Of a stretch of DNA of 64,000 nucleotides, positions 32,702 to 41,825 are shown one piece after another. Position numbers and translations under genes: made by a program. The stretch is taken from contig CALERC010000361.1 in assembly GCA_937908015.1 (NCBI GenBank), positions 80 through 64,079 on the forward strand, in the 5' to 3' direction. The notes below the pieces were generated by a model, which was not told where the DNA came from, searched no databases, and was given only the letters and a program-made list of their open reading frames with translations. The stretch comes from an uncultured Actinomycetes bacterium. Lineage in GTDB: Bacteria; Actinomycetota; Thermoleophilia; Solirubrobacterales; 70-9. How positions within the stretch are numbered: position 1 is the stretch's first letter; each line of letters starts with the position of its first letter.

Positions 32702-33700
32702 TCAGGCCTCCAAGATCACCTTCAGCTGGCCGCGGGCGGGCGTGTTCGCCTTCGCGAACGCGTCCTGCGCGCGACTGAACTCGAAGCTGTCGGTGATGTA
32801 GGGCGCGACGATCTCGGGGTGCGCCCGCAGGTACTCCTCCGCCCGCCGCAGGGCCGAGCGGCGCGCGCTCGAGGGCGTGTAGCCCGAGTAGAGCCGGCCG
32901 TGGACGCGGAGGAAGTCGAGCATCGGGAACGGGTAGATCGGATCGTCGGGGATGCCGAAGTAGTAGATCTGCCCGCCCTCGGCGATCGTCCGCGTCGCGT
33001 CCACCAAGGTGCCGACCTGGTGGCCGACGGCCTCGACCACGATCCCCGGCCGGTCGGCGCCGCCGCTCACCCCCGCCGCCCAGCGGTCGCTGGTGCTGTG
33101 GACCATCTCGTCGATCCCGTAGATCGCCGCGATGTCGCTGCGGTCGATCCGGTCGATCGCGGTGACCCGGGCGGCGCCGGCGCTCTTCAGCACGTGCGCG
33201 AACAGGACCCCGATCGACCCCACGCCGATCACCGCGACGTGGCTGCCGGGCACCTCGCGCAGGACATCCACCGCGTGGATCACGCAGGCGAGCGGCTGCA
33301 GCATGATCGCCACCGAGGGCGCGAGCTCGGAGGAGTACTCGAACACGTCGACCGCGTCGACGACGAGGTACTCCTGCATGCCGTCGAGGAGGGTCGCCCA
33401 GCCGACCACCAGGGCGCCGACGGCAAGGTCTGCGCCCTGCGAGGCGACGACCTCGCCGACCACCTCGTGCAGCGGCGAGCCGAGGCGCGGCTCGGCCGGG
33501 CCGCCCTCGGCGGGGACGACGCCGTGCGGCATCAGCAGCCCGCGGAAGAAGGGGAGGTCGCTGCCGCAGATCCCCCCGACCATGACCCGCAGCAGCACCT
33601 GCCCGTCGCCCAGGTCCGCTGCGGTCGGCCTCGGCACCCGCGTTTCGGCGATCGTGCCGGGCCCGGCCACGGTGTAGGTCCACATCGACGCTGTGCTCAT
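32702..33700 (-). CDS. Zinc-binding alcohol dehydrogenase (MDR family)
   Basis: 332 aa from ATG 33700, with RBS GAGGGAGA and an ATGA overlap with the upstream stop. 'VGGICGSDLPFF', 'VAVIGVGSIG'. Confidence 0.88.
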   Translation of the reverse strand: MSTASMWTYTVAGPGTIAETRVPRPTAADLGDGQVLLRVMVGGICGSDLPFFRGLLMPHGVVPAEGGPAEPRLGSPLHEVVGEVVASQGADLAVGALVVGWATLLDGMQEYLVVDAVDVFEYSSELAPSVAIMLQPLACVIHAVDVLREVPGSHVAVIGVGSIGVLFAHVLKSAGAARVTAIDRIDRSDIAAIYGIDEMVHSTSDRWAAGVSGGADRPGIVVEAVGHQVGTLVDATRTIAEGGQIYYFGIPDDPIYPFPMLDFLRVHGRLYSGYTPSSARRSALRRAEEYLRAHPEIVAPYITDSFEFSRAQDAFAKANTPARGQLKVILEA

Positions 33701-36669
33701 CTGTCTCCCTCTTCGCTTGCTGCCATCGCCATCCACCACAAGTCGTTCAGCCGCAGGGCGCCGGCGGCCAGGTCGGCGTCGGTCTGCACCGCTTGCAGGT
33801 GACAGCTGAAGCCGTCGATCACGAGCCGGCGCCCGGCCCCGCCGCGCCGCAGTCGCGGCAGCCACTGCTCGCGACCGATCGCGTCGGAGACGGACTTCTG
33901 CCCGGGCTTGAAGCCGAAGGAGCCGGCGAGGCCGCAGCAGCCCGAGTCGATCACGGTGGCGTCGAAGCCGAGTGCGCTCAGCAGCCGCCGGTCGGCCCGG
34001 TGGGTACCGATCGCACGGCCGTGGCAGTGCGGGTGCAGGGCGACCGGGCCGATGCGCTCGACCGCCGCCGCGGTCGCCGCGATGGGCGGGGCCGAGGTGT
34101 CGCGCGCCGCGAGCAGGGTCTCGGAGAGGCTCTTCGCAGCAGCGGCCAGCGCCGCCGCGCGCGGATCATCCGCGAGCAGCTTCGGCAGCTCGATCCGGAA
34201 CGAGGCCAGGCAGCTGGGCTCGAGCACGACGACCGGCATCCCGGCATCGACGTAGGGCGAGAGGATCCCGACCAGCCGGGTCAGCTCGCGCCGCGCCCGA
34301 TCGAGCCGGCCGGAGTCGTAGAGCGTGCGCCCGCAGCAGGCCCACGCGGCGGGAACGGTGACGCGGAGGCCGTGGCGCTCGAGGATCTCGATCGCGTGCT
34401 CGAGGTCATCCGGCGCGTAGGCGTTCGTGAAGGTATCCGCCCACAGCACCACCTCGCCGCCCGCCGACGACTGCGGCGCGGTCCGCGAACTGGCGACGGC
34501 CCGGTGCCCGCGGCGCCGGAACGGACGGGGGGCGATGCGCGGCGTCGGGCGCTCCAGGGTGACCCCGCCCAGCCGGCGCGTCAGCCGCCCGAGCGGACCG
34601 TCGCCGGTGGCCGCGTTCGCCAGCGCCGGCCAGCGGGTGCCGAGGCGGAGGGCCCAGGGCAGCAGCGAGAGCGTCCGGTCCACCCGCGGCCGGCGCCGCC
34701 CCGCGTAGTGGTGGTACATGAACTCGGACTTGTAGATCGCCATGTCGACGTGGGTCGGGCAGTCGCTGAGGCAGCCCTTGCAGCCGAGGCAGAGGTCGAG
34801 CGCCGCGCGCACCTCCTCGCTGCGCCAACCGTCCTCGACCACCTCGCCGCGCACCATCTCGGCCAGGACCCGGGCGCGGCCGCGGGTCGAGTCCCGCTCC
34901 TCGCCGGTGGCGCGGTAGGACGGGCACATCGAACCGGCGTCGGCACTCCGGCACCTGCCGACGCCGACGCACCGTTCGAGCGCCTGGCCCAGCGAGTTGC
35001 CGTCCTCGGGCAGCGCGTAGGCGAGGTCGCCGAGCGCTCGCGAAGTCGTCGCGGGGCCGTGCTTGAGGTTGCTGTCGAGCGGCAGCGGGTCGACCGTCTT
35101 CCCCGGGTTCATCCGCCCGGCCGGGTCCCAGAGCGCCTTGAACCGGCGGAAGGCATCGATCGTCGCGGGCTCGAACATCCGCCCCAGCAGCTCGCCGCGG
35201 GCCTGTCCGTCACCGTGCTCACCCGACAGCGACCCGCCGAGACCGACGCAGATGTCGGCCGCCCGTTCGACGTAGGCGCGGTACCTCGCCAGCCCCTCGG
35301 CGCTGCCGAAGTCGAAGTCGTTGCGGGTGTGGACGCACCCCTGGCCGAAATGGCCGTACCAGGCGCCCTTGTAACCGAACTCCTGCCAGAGCGCGGCGAT
35401 CGCCCGCAGGTACTCGCCGAGGCGCTCGGGCGGGACGGCGGCGTCCTCCCAGCCCTCGTGGTTGGGCTGCTCACCGGGAGGGTGGGCGGTAGCCCCGAGT
35501 CCCGATTCGCGGATCGACCAGACCAGCGCCTGCTCGGTGGGGTCGGTGAAGACCCGCGGCGCGGCGCCCCCGTCGAGCCCCTCGAGGAACCGCTCGGTCA
35601 GTTCGCCCAGCGAGTCGGCGTCGTCGGCGCCGAGCTCCGCCAGCAGCCAGCCATCCCCGGCGGGGAGCAGGTGGAGCGCGCCGATGTTCAGGCCCGCCCG
35701 CTCCATCTGCGAGACGAGCACCCGGTCGAAGCCCTCCAGCCCGATCAGGCCGTGGGCCCCGGCGATGTCGGCGGCGCCCGCGCCGCTGCGCAGGATCGCC
35801 GGGACGCGGTCGGCGGCGGCGTAGATGTCGGAGTGGCCGATGACGACCAGGCTCCGGTGCCGTGGCCGCTCGATCAGCTTCAGCGTCGCCTCGGTCACCA
35901 GCAGGCAGGTCGATTCCGTTCCCACCAGCGAGGCGGCCACGTTCAGCCCCGCCTCGGGCGCGAGCTCGTCGAGGTTGTAGCCGCTGACCCGGCGCGGCAG
36001 CGAGGCGTACCGTCGTCGCATCTCGCTCCCGTGCGTGCGGCCGAGCTCCGCCAGGGTCGGCAGGACCTCGGCCAGCGGCCCGCCCGCGGCGAGCTCCCGC
36101 GCGTATGCCTCGCCGTCGTAGCTGCCGACCTCGGCGTCCCAGCCCGGGTAGGTGACGACCCGCAGCGAAGCGACGTTCTCCGCCGTCTTTCCCGCCACCA
36201 ACGCGTGCGTCCCGCACGAGTTGTTGCCGATCATCCCGCCGATCGTGCACCAGCCGTGGGTGGCGGGATCGGGGCCGAACATCAGCCTGTGGACCGCCAG
36301 CTGTTCCTGCAGGCGGTCGAGGACGACCCCGGGCTGCACCCGCGCGGTCCGCGCCTCGGGATCGATCTCGAGGACGCGGTCCATGTGGTGGGTGAAGTCG
36401 AAGACGACGGCGACGTTGCAGCCCTGGCCCGCGAGGCTGGTGCCGCCCCCGCGACCCAACACCGGGGCGTCGAACTCCCGGCAGACCGCGATCGCCGCGA
36501 TCACGTCCTCGTGGTCCACCGGGAAGACGACGCCGAGCGGGATCTGGCGGTAGTTCGAGGAGTCGCTGCCGTAGAGGGCGCGCGTCTGGGCGTCGAACCT
36601 GACCTCGCCGCGCAGCGCCGCCGCCAGGCTCGCCTCGAGCCCGGAGGCGCCGCGTGTGGCGTGTGGCAT
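33697..36669 (-). CDS. Fused FAD-linked oxidase (GlcD-like) + 4Fe-4S + CCG-domain (GlcF-like) oxidoreductase
   Basis: 990 aa from ATG 36669. N-terminal FAD_binding_4 'PVLGRGGGTSLAGQ'; ferredoxin motifs 'CVGVGRC...CPSY' and 'CLGCKGCLSDCP'; Cys-rich 'WACCG' and 'DSGCCGLAGSFG'. Confidence 0.9.
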   Translation of the reverse strand: MPHATRGASGLEASLAAALRGEVRFDAQTRALYGSDSSNYRQIPLGVVFPVDHEDVIAAIAVCREFDAPVLGRGGGTSLAGQGCNVAVVFDFTHHMDRVLEIDPEARTARVQPGVVLDRLQEQLAVHRLMFGPDPATHGWCTIGGMIGNNSCGTHALVAGKTAENVASLRVVTYPGWDAEVGSYDGEAYARELAAGGPLAEVLPTLAELGRTHGSEMRRRYASLPRRVSGYNLDELAPEAGLNVAASLVGTESTCLLVTEATLKLIERPRHRSLVVIGHSDIYAAADRVPAILRSGAGAADIAGAHGLIGLEGFDRVLVSQMERAGLNIGALHLLPAGDGWLLAELGADDADSLGELTERFLEGLDGGAAPRVFTDPTEQALVWSIRESGLGATAHPPGEQPNHEGWEDAAVPPERLGEYLRAIAALWQEFGYKGAWYGHFGQGCVHTRNDFDFGSAEGLARYRAYVERAADICVGLGGSLSGEHGDGQARGELLGRMFEPATIDAFRRFKALWDPAGRMNPGKTVDPLPLDSNLKHGPATTSRALGDLAYALPEDGNSLGQALERCVGVGRCRSADAGSMCPSYRATGEERDSTRGRARVLAEMVRGEVVEDGWRSEEVRAALDLCLGCKGCLSDCPTHVDMAIYKSEFMYHHYAGRRRPRVDRTLSLLPWALRLGTRWPALANAATGDGPLGRLTRRLGGVTLERPTPRIAPRPFRRRGHRAVASSRTAPQSSAGGEVVLWADTFTNAYAPDDLEHAIEILERHGLRVTVPAAWACCGRTLYDSGRLDRARRELTRLVGILSPYVDAGMPVVVLEPSCLASFRIELPKLLADDPRAAALAAAAKSLSETLLAARDTSAPPIAATAAAVERIGPVALHPHCHGRAIGTHRADRRLLSALGFDATVIDSGCCGLAGSFGFKPGQKSVSDAIGREQWLPRLRRGGAGRRLVIDGFSCHLQAVQTDADLAAGALRLNDLWWMAMAASEEGDR

Positions 36670-36718
36670 GTTACCTCTGTCCGACCGCTCTTTTGGACGC
36701 GCTCCCACGATCCGCGGC

Positions 36719-37576
36719 TTAAGGGGCGATCGGGCTGCCGTTGTAACCCGGCAAGATGCCGTGGCCGGCATCGACGGGGAGGGCCACGCCGGTGACGTCG
36801 GCGCTCTCGTCGGAGGCCAGGTAGAGCACCGCGTTGCTGACGCTCTGAGGATCGATCAGGCCGCGGCCTTTCAGCACCGCCCAGTGGCGCGGGCTCTCGA
36901 TGCGGTCCTGGGGGGTGCCGCCCGCTTCGCCGGCGAACATGTCGTAGGGGAGCTGCCAGTCGTTCATCGGCGTGTCGATGACCCCTGGGCAGACGGCGTT
37001 GCAGCGGATGTTCAGGGGTCCGGCCTCGAGCGCGATCGAGCGCATCAGGCCGATCACGCCGGTCTTCGCGGCGCCGTAGTGGGCGTAGTCGTAGTTGCCC
37101 TCGAAGGCGGAGATCGAGGAGGTGAGGACGATCGAGCCGCCGCCGTTCTCGATCATCGAGGGGGTGACAGCCTTGGCGGTGCGCCAGACGCCGGAGAGGT
37201 TGATGTCGATCGTCTCCAGCCAGTGGCGCTCCTCCAGCTCCCAGTATTTGCCGAGGGTCCAGATGCCGGCATTGGCGACCGCGACGTCGATCTTGCCGAA
37301 GCGCTCGATCGCCTTGGCGACGACCCAGTCGAGGGCCTCCTGGCCGCGCACGTCGACCGGCTCGGCGATCACGCCGACGCCCAGCTCCTCGACCTCTCCC
37401 GCCACCGATTGGAGCTGCTCGTCGGAGCCGAGCGGGTAGCCGATGTCGCTGACCGGCCCGGGCACGTCGACGATCACCACGTCGGCGCCCTCGCGGGCGA
37501 GCGTCAGGGCGTGGGCTCTTCCCTGCCCGCGCGCCGCCCCGGTGACCAGGGCGACCTTGCCGTCCATCCTTCCCAT
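36719..37576 (-). CDS. Mycofactocin-coupled-type SDR oxidoreductase
   Basis: 285 aa from ATG 37576, with RBS GAGGAGAGAG. 'GKVALVTGAARGQGRAHALTLAREGADVVIVDV...IGYPLGSDEQLQSVAGEVEELG'; 'YGAAKTGVIGL'. The track ORF (386 aa) is over-extended. Confidence 0.8.
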   Translation of the reverse strand: MGRMDGKVALVTGAARGQGRAHALTLAREGADVVIVDVPGPVSDIGYPLGSDEQLQSVAGEVEELGVGVIAEPVDVRGQEALDWVVAKAIERFGKIDVAVANAGIWTLGKYWELEERHWLETIDINLSGVWRTAKAVTPSMIENGGGSIVLTSSISAFEGNYDYAHYGAAKTGVIGLMRSIALEAGPLNIRCNAVCPGVIDTPMNDWQLPYDMFAGEAGGTPQDRIESPRHWAVLKGRGLIDPQSVSNAVLYLASDESADVTGVALPVDAGHGILPGYNGSPIAP

Positions 37577-37607
37577 CTGATCTCTCTCCTCTTGCTGTTG
37601 GCGGTGT

Positions 37608-38012
37608 TCAGTCGGCGTCGGGCCCGTCGGCGAAGGCCTCCGCGTACTCCTCGTCGGAGACCTCGTGCATCCATTCGGTCTTGCCGACCGAGACGGCGAC
37701 GTGGACGAGCAGCGAGCCGGGGGCGGCGCCGTGCCAATGGACCTCGCCGGCGGGGATGTGGGCGACGTCGCCGGGGCGCAGGGTGCCGCCGGTCCCGTCC
37801 GCCGACTGCAGTCGGCCCTCGCCGGTGGTGACGAAGAGGACCTGCGCGACCTCGTGCTTGTGCCAGTAGGTCCGGCCACCGGGCTCGAAGACGACGGTGT
37901 TGACGACGATCCCGTCCGCGGGCGGCAGCACGGCGTCGGCGAGCACGCCGCCGCTGAAGGTGTCGGTGCGGCGCTCCGAAGGTTTACCGGCGCGCCCTTT
38001 CGCGATTCTCAT
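37608..38012 (-). CDS. Cupin domain protein
   Basis: 134 aa. 'FEPGGRTYWHKHEVAQVLFVTTGEGRL...GDVAHIPAGEVHWHGA'. Its start abuts the upstream stop (38013). Confidence 0.85.
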   Translation of the reverse strand: MRIAKGRAGKPSERRTDTFSGGVLADAVLPPADGIVVNTVVFEPGGRTYWHKHEVAQVLFVTTGEGRLQSADGTGGTLRPGDVAHIPAGEVHWHGAAPGSLLVHVAVSVGKTEWMHEVSDEEYAEAFADGPDAD

Positions 38013-38927
38013 CTACTCCTCCTCTTTCCAGTCGGCCTGGACTCGGGTACCCCCGGCAAGATCGCCGATCGCGTCGACGACCCGGTTCGAGATCTGCTCG
38101 CCGTAGCCGAGCGCGTTGGCGAGGTCGAAGGTGCCGAGCGACGGCGGGCCGGTGAAGCTGGTCGCGCCGAGGTCCTGCATCAGGCCGAGGTAGAGGCGCA
38201 GGTCCTTCGCCATCAGGTTCGAGGTCAGCCCGCCCTCCAGGTAGTCGCCCTCGATGATCTTCGGGAAGCGGTTGGTGGTGGCGAAGTTCACCCCGCTGGA
38301 GGTGTTGACGACGTCGAGGAACTGGCGCATGTCGAGCCCCGCCTTCTTCGCCGCGACCATCGCCTCGGCCGCGGCGGAGAGGTTCACCCCGTTGAGGAAG
38401 TTGTTGATCAGCTTCGCCACGTGGCCGTTCCCCGAGCCGCCCATGTGGTGGACGGTGGCGGCGAAGGAGTCGACCACCGGCTGCACCCGCGCCAGCGCCT
38501 CGGCGGAGCCGCCGGCCATGATCGTCAGCGCGCCCTTCTCCGCCGCGGCCGCCCCGCCCGACACCCCGGCGTCGAGGTACTCGACTCCCTTGGCGGCGAA
38601 GTCGGCGTGGATCCGCCGGGTCGAGGCGGGGTCGGCGGTGCTCAGATCGACGATGACCTGGCCCTCGCGGCAGACGTCGAGCACGCCGTCTTCGCCATAC
38701 ACGACCCGCTCGACAACCGAGCTGTCGGGAAGGGAGAAGAAGACGGCGTCGGCCTTGGGGGCAAGGGAGGAGATAGAACCCTCCGCGGCCAGCCCGGCGT
38801 CTGCCGCCAGGGTCGGGTCGACATCGAACCCGAAGCCGGACCAGCCGGCAGCGCTGATCCGGCGGGCGATCCTGCCGCCCATGTTGCCGAGTCCGATGAA
38901 GCCGATCTGCTTGATCTCGGTGGCCAT
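38013..38927 (-). CDS. NAD(P)-dependent beta-hydroxyacid dehydrogenase (3-hydroxyisobutyrate/tartronate-semialdehyde reductase family)
   Basis: 304 aa. 'IGFIGLGNMGGRIA', 'DAGVSGG', 'GNGHVAKLINN'. Confidence 0.9.
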   Translation of the reverse strand: MATEIKQIGFIGLGNMGGRIARRISAAGWSGFGFDVDPTLAADAGLAAEGSISSLAPKADAVFFSLPDSSVVERVVYGEDGVLDVCREGQVIVDLSTADPASTRRIHADFAAKGVEYLDAGVSGGAAAAEKGALTIMAGGSAEALARVQPVVDSFAATVHHMGGSGNGHVAKLINNFLNGVNLSAAAEAMVAAKKAGLDMRQFLDVVNTSSGVNFATTNRFPKIIEGDYLEGGLTSNLMAKDLRLYLGLMQDLGATSFTGPPSLGTFDLANALGYGEQISNRVVDAIGDLAGGTRVQADWKEEE

Positions 38928-38931
38928 CGGT

Positions 38932-39807
38932 TCAGGCGGCCGCCTCGAGGCTCTCGAGCCGGCTGGCTTCTCCGGGCGCGAGCGAGATCTCGGCGACGCG
39001 CAGCGTGTCGTCGAAGGTGTGGGTGGGGAACTTGTCCCACATTTCCTCGGCGTGGAAGGGCACGATCCGCTCCACCTCTTCGTCGACGTACTGCCACATC
39101 TCCTCCATCGTCAGCACGCACTGCTGCATGCTCCCGAAGGCGAGGCCGATCGGCACGAACATCCCGTCCTCCTGCGAGCCGAGGAAGTTGTCGTAGGTGT
39201 AGCAGTTGTCCCCGGCGAGCAGCCAACGGCCGTCGTGCTGGTCGAGGGTGACGTACTGGGACCCGGCGGTGTGGGTGTCGTGCGCCGGCACCGCGCGCAC
39301 CCCCGGGATCACGTCGGCCTCGCCGTCGAGCAGGGTCAGCTTGCCCTGCCGCATCCGTTCGACCAGGGAGATCATCAGGTCGGGATCGGTGGCGGTGGTC
39401 AACCACTGCATCCGGTGCGGCAGCCCCTTCGCCCACATGTAGTTCTGCACCTCGCGGGACTGCAGGTAGATGTGGGCGTTGGGGAAGAAGTCCACCCCGC
39501 CCGCGTGGTCGAAGTGGTTGTGGGTGAGGATCATCGTGTCGACGTCCCGGGGGCTGAAGCCGATCCGCGACATCACCACCTCGGGCGGCTGCCAGTCGCT
39601 GACCCCGTAGGTGTCGGCGAGGACCTTGCCGAACTCGGCGTAGTCGAAGCCGGTGTCGACGATCGCCAGGTGGTCGTCGCTCTTCAGCACCCCGTAGCAG
39701 TAGGGGAGCACCAACGAGCCCTGGTTGTGACGACCGTAGAGGGCGGCGCTGACCGGGTACTCCTTCACCCGCGCGTACTCGACGATCCACAGCGAGTAAT
39801 CAGACAT
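38932..39807 (-). CDS. MBL-fold metallohydrolase (N-acyl-homoserine-lactonase-like)
   Basis: 291 aa from ATG 39807 (TGATG junction with the upstream stop). 'ILTHNHFDHAGG' HxHxDH motif. Confidence 0.85.
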   Translation of the reverse strand: MSDYSLWIVEYARVKEYPVSAALYGRHNQGSLVLPYCYGVLKSDDHLAIVDTGFDYAEFGKVLADTYGVSDWQPPEVVMSRIGFSPRDVDTMILTHNHFDHAGGVDFFPNAHIYLQSREVQNYMWAKGLPHRMQWLTTATDPDLMISLVERMRQGKLTLLDGEADVIPGVRAVPAHDTHTAGSQYVTLDQHDGRWLLAGDNCYTYDNFLGSQEDGMFVPIGLAFGSMQQCVLTMEEMWQYVDEEVERIVPFHAEEMWDKFPTHTFDDTLRVAEISLAPGEASRLESLEAAA

Positions 39808-40199
39808 CAGTGGTTCCTTTCGTGTCCGCACGGCACGTACTCACAGTCGAAGACCTCCCAGACCAGGCGGCGCAGATGGCGGTGGGTGCGGCGGACGGCC
39901 TCCAGCCGCCGCTGCGTCGGCACCAGCCCGTCTTCCGCTTCCCGCGCCAGGTCGGCCAGCGCGACCGCCGCGTCGCGGCAGGCCTCGAAGTGGGCCTCGA
40001 GCTCCTCGCCCTGGTGCTCGGCGGCGGCGCGCTCGCAGACCCAGACGTGGGCGTCGATCTGCTCGGCGCCGACCTGCGGCGGCAGCTGCATCGCCAGCGC
40101 CGCCGAGACCGAGAGCGAGAGCGATTTGTTGGCGCCGTAGAGCTCGTTCAGGCGCGTCGCGTCGGCGCTCTGCGGCGGGCTCGCGACGGCGGCGCTCAC
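39807..40199 (-). CDS. Hypothetical protein, no domain recognised
   Basis: 130 aa. GTG start overlaps the upstream TGA (GTGA), and its own stop overlaps the downstream ATG. Strong GC3 bias. Acidic helical-looking core 'HVWVCERAAAEHQGEELEAHFEACRD' and C-terminal 'CEYVPCGHERNH'. Confidence 0.65.
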   Translation of the reverse strand: MSAAVASPPQSADATRLNELYGANKSLSLSVSAALAMQLPPQVGAEQIDAHVWVCERAAAEHQGEELEAHFEACRDAAVALADLAREAEDGLVPTQRRLEAVRRTHRHLRRLVWEVFDCEYVPCGHERNH

Positions 40200-40969
40200 G
40201 TCGTCCCCCCGTTACCGGCGGCGGCCAGCTCTTCGACCAGGATCGGCACGCCCACGGTCGCCGCGTGGATGCCGATCACGCTGGCCAGCTCGATCACCTC
40301 CATGATTTCCTCACGGGTCGCGCCGTAGCCGATCGCGTTCTTGATGTGGGCGCGCAGGCCCTTCACGTAGAGGTGGGTGCAGGCGACGTCGAAGGCGGTG
40401 TAGATGAACTCCTTCACCTTCGGCTCCAGCACGCCGGTCTTCCAGGGCACCGACGAGAACTGCGTGTAGGTGTCGAAGAACTCGGGGTCGAGCTGGAGGA
40501 TGTCGTCCCAGAACGGGTTCCAGTAACCGCGGTTCTGTTCGAAGTCCTTTTTCACTTCGAGCCGGCGGTCGTCCATGGTGCGGTCGATCGGCTGTCCGGC
40601 CGCCTCCAGCTCTTCGACCAGGATCGGCACGCCGATGTTGGCGGCGTGGATGCCGAGGGTCGAGGTCAGCTCGATCACCTCCATGATCTCCTCGGCGGTG
40701 GCGCCGAGCTCCAGCGCCTGCTTCATGTGCTGGCGGATCCCCGGCTCGTAGAGGTGGGTGGCGGCGGCGTCGCAGGCGATGTAGATGAACTCCTTCACCT
40801 TCGGCTCCAGCGGCCCGGTGCGCCAGGGCACCGAGGAGAAGTCGAGGTAGGCCTTGAAGAAGTCCTCGTCGAGGGTCAGCAGGCTGTCCCAGAATTCGTT
40901 CCAGTAACCCCGGCTCTCGATGAACTCCTCGCGGAGCTCCCGCTGTCGGTCGGTCAGTTGCGATGCCAT
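40196..40969 (-). CDS. Tandem-duplicated carboxymuconolactone decarboxylase (CMD/AhpD-like) family protein
   Basis: 257 aa from ATG 40969, with RBS GAGAAGGAGAGG. Two ~127-aa halves, each with 'SSVPW(R/K)TG.LEPKVKEFIY...THLY...GAT.EEIMEVIEL...GIHAA..GVPILVEEL.AAG'. Confidence 0.85.
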   Translation of the reverse strand: MASQLTDRQRELREEFIESRGYWNEFWDSLLTLDEDFFKAYLDFSSVPWRTGPLEPKVKEFIYIACDAAATHLYEPGIRQHMKQALELGATAEEIMEVIELTSTLGIHAANIGVPILVEELEAAGQPIDRTMDDRRLEVKKDFEQNRGYWNPFWDDILQLDPEFFDTYTQFSSVPWKTGVLEPKVKEFIYTAFDVACTHLYVKGLRAHIKNAIGYGATREEIMEVIELASVIGIHAATVGVPILVEELAAAGNGGTT

Positions 40970-40985
40970 TACCGCCCTCTCCTTC

Positions 40986-41825
40986 TCATCGTTTGCGTCC
41001 CCTGACCTGCACTGCGAACTCCTCGGCTCCACCCTCCCCGGCGAAGCGCTCCATCACCGCGGGGTCGTGGCCGGCGACGATCGCCGCCCCCTCCCCCGCC
41101 AGCGTGGCGATCGTGTCGTAGGCGCTGTACATCGCGCCGAGGTCGGCGATCACCCCGAACGGCCGGTCGGTGTCCATCTCCTCGTAGAAGTGGACGGCGT
41201 CGGAGGTGAGGACCACCCGGCCGCCGTCGTCGGCGTCGATGACGAGCAGCAGCTGTCCGGGCGAGTGGCCGCCGACCTCGATCGAGCGGACCCCCGGCAG
41301 CACCTCCTCCTCGCCGCGCGTCGTGCGGGCGCGGCCGGCGGCGACCGCCTCGGCGATCCGCTCGATGTCGGGCTGATCGACGTGGGGGGCGAACTGGGCG
41401 CGACGGGCGAGCGGCCCGGTCCAGAAGTCGAGCTCGGTCTGGCCGACGACCAGCTCGGCGTCGGGGTAGGCATCGAGGTTGCCGACGTGGTCGTAGTGGA
41501 AGTGGCTGACGATCACCGTGTCGACCTCGGCGGGCTCGACTCCTACCGAGGCGAGCGCCTCGACCGGGTCGACCAGGACGGTGCGGCCGCGGCGCTCGGC
41601 CGCCGCGGTGGCGAAGCCGGTGTCGACGAGGACGGTCCGCTCGGCGTTCCGCAGCAACCAGAAGTAGTAGGCCATCTCCAGTTCGCCGTCGGGTTCGCCG
41701 TAGGAGCCCCAGCGGTAGTAGAGGGCCTCGCGGGTCGCGCGCAGGCTGCCGTAGCGGAGCGCGGTCACCTCGTAGGTGGCGGTCGGCGCGGCGGCGCCCG
41801 CAGCGGCCGGCTCAGTCCTCGCCAC
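40986..41825 (-). CDS. MBL-fold metallohydrolase (lactonase-like)
   Basis: 279 aa from GTG 41825, with RBS GGGAGGAG 8 nt upstream; it overlaps the upstream gene by 14 nt. 'VSHFHYDHVGN'. The start is less certain. Confidence 0.8.
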   Translation of the reverse strand: MARTEPAAAGAAAPTATYEVTALRYGSLRATREALYYRWGSYGEPDGELEMAYYFWLLRNAERTVLVDTGFATAAAERRGRTVLVDPVEALASVGVEPAEVDTVIVSHFHYDHVGNLDAYPDAELVVGQTELDFWTGPLARRAQFAPHVDQPDIERIAEAVAAGRARTTRGEEEVLPGVRSIEVGGHSPGQLLLVIDADDGGRVVLTSDAVHFYEEMDTDRPFGVIADLGAMYSAYDTIATLAGEGAAIVAGHDPAVMERFAGEGGAEEFAVQVRGRKR

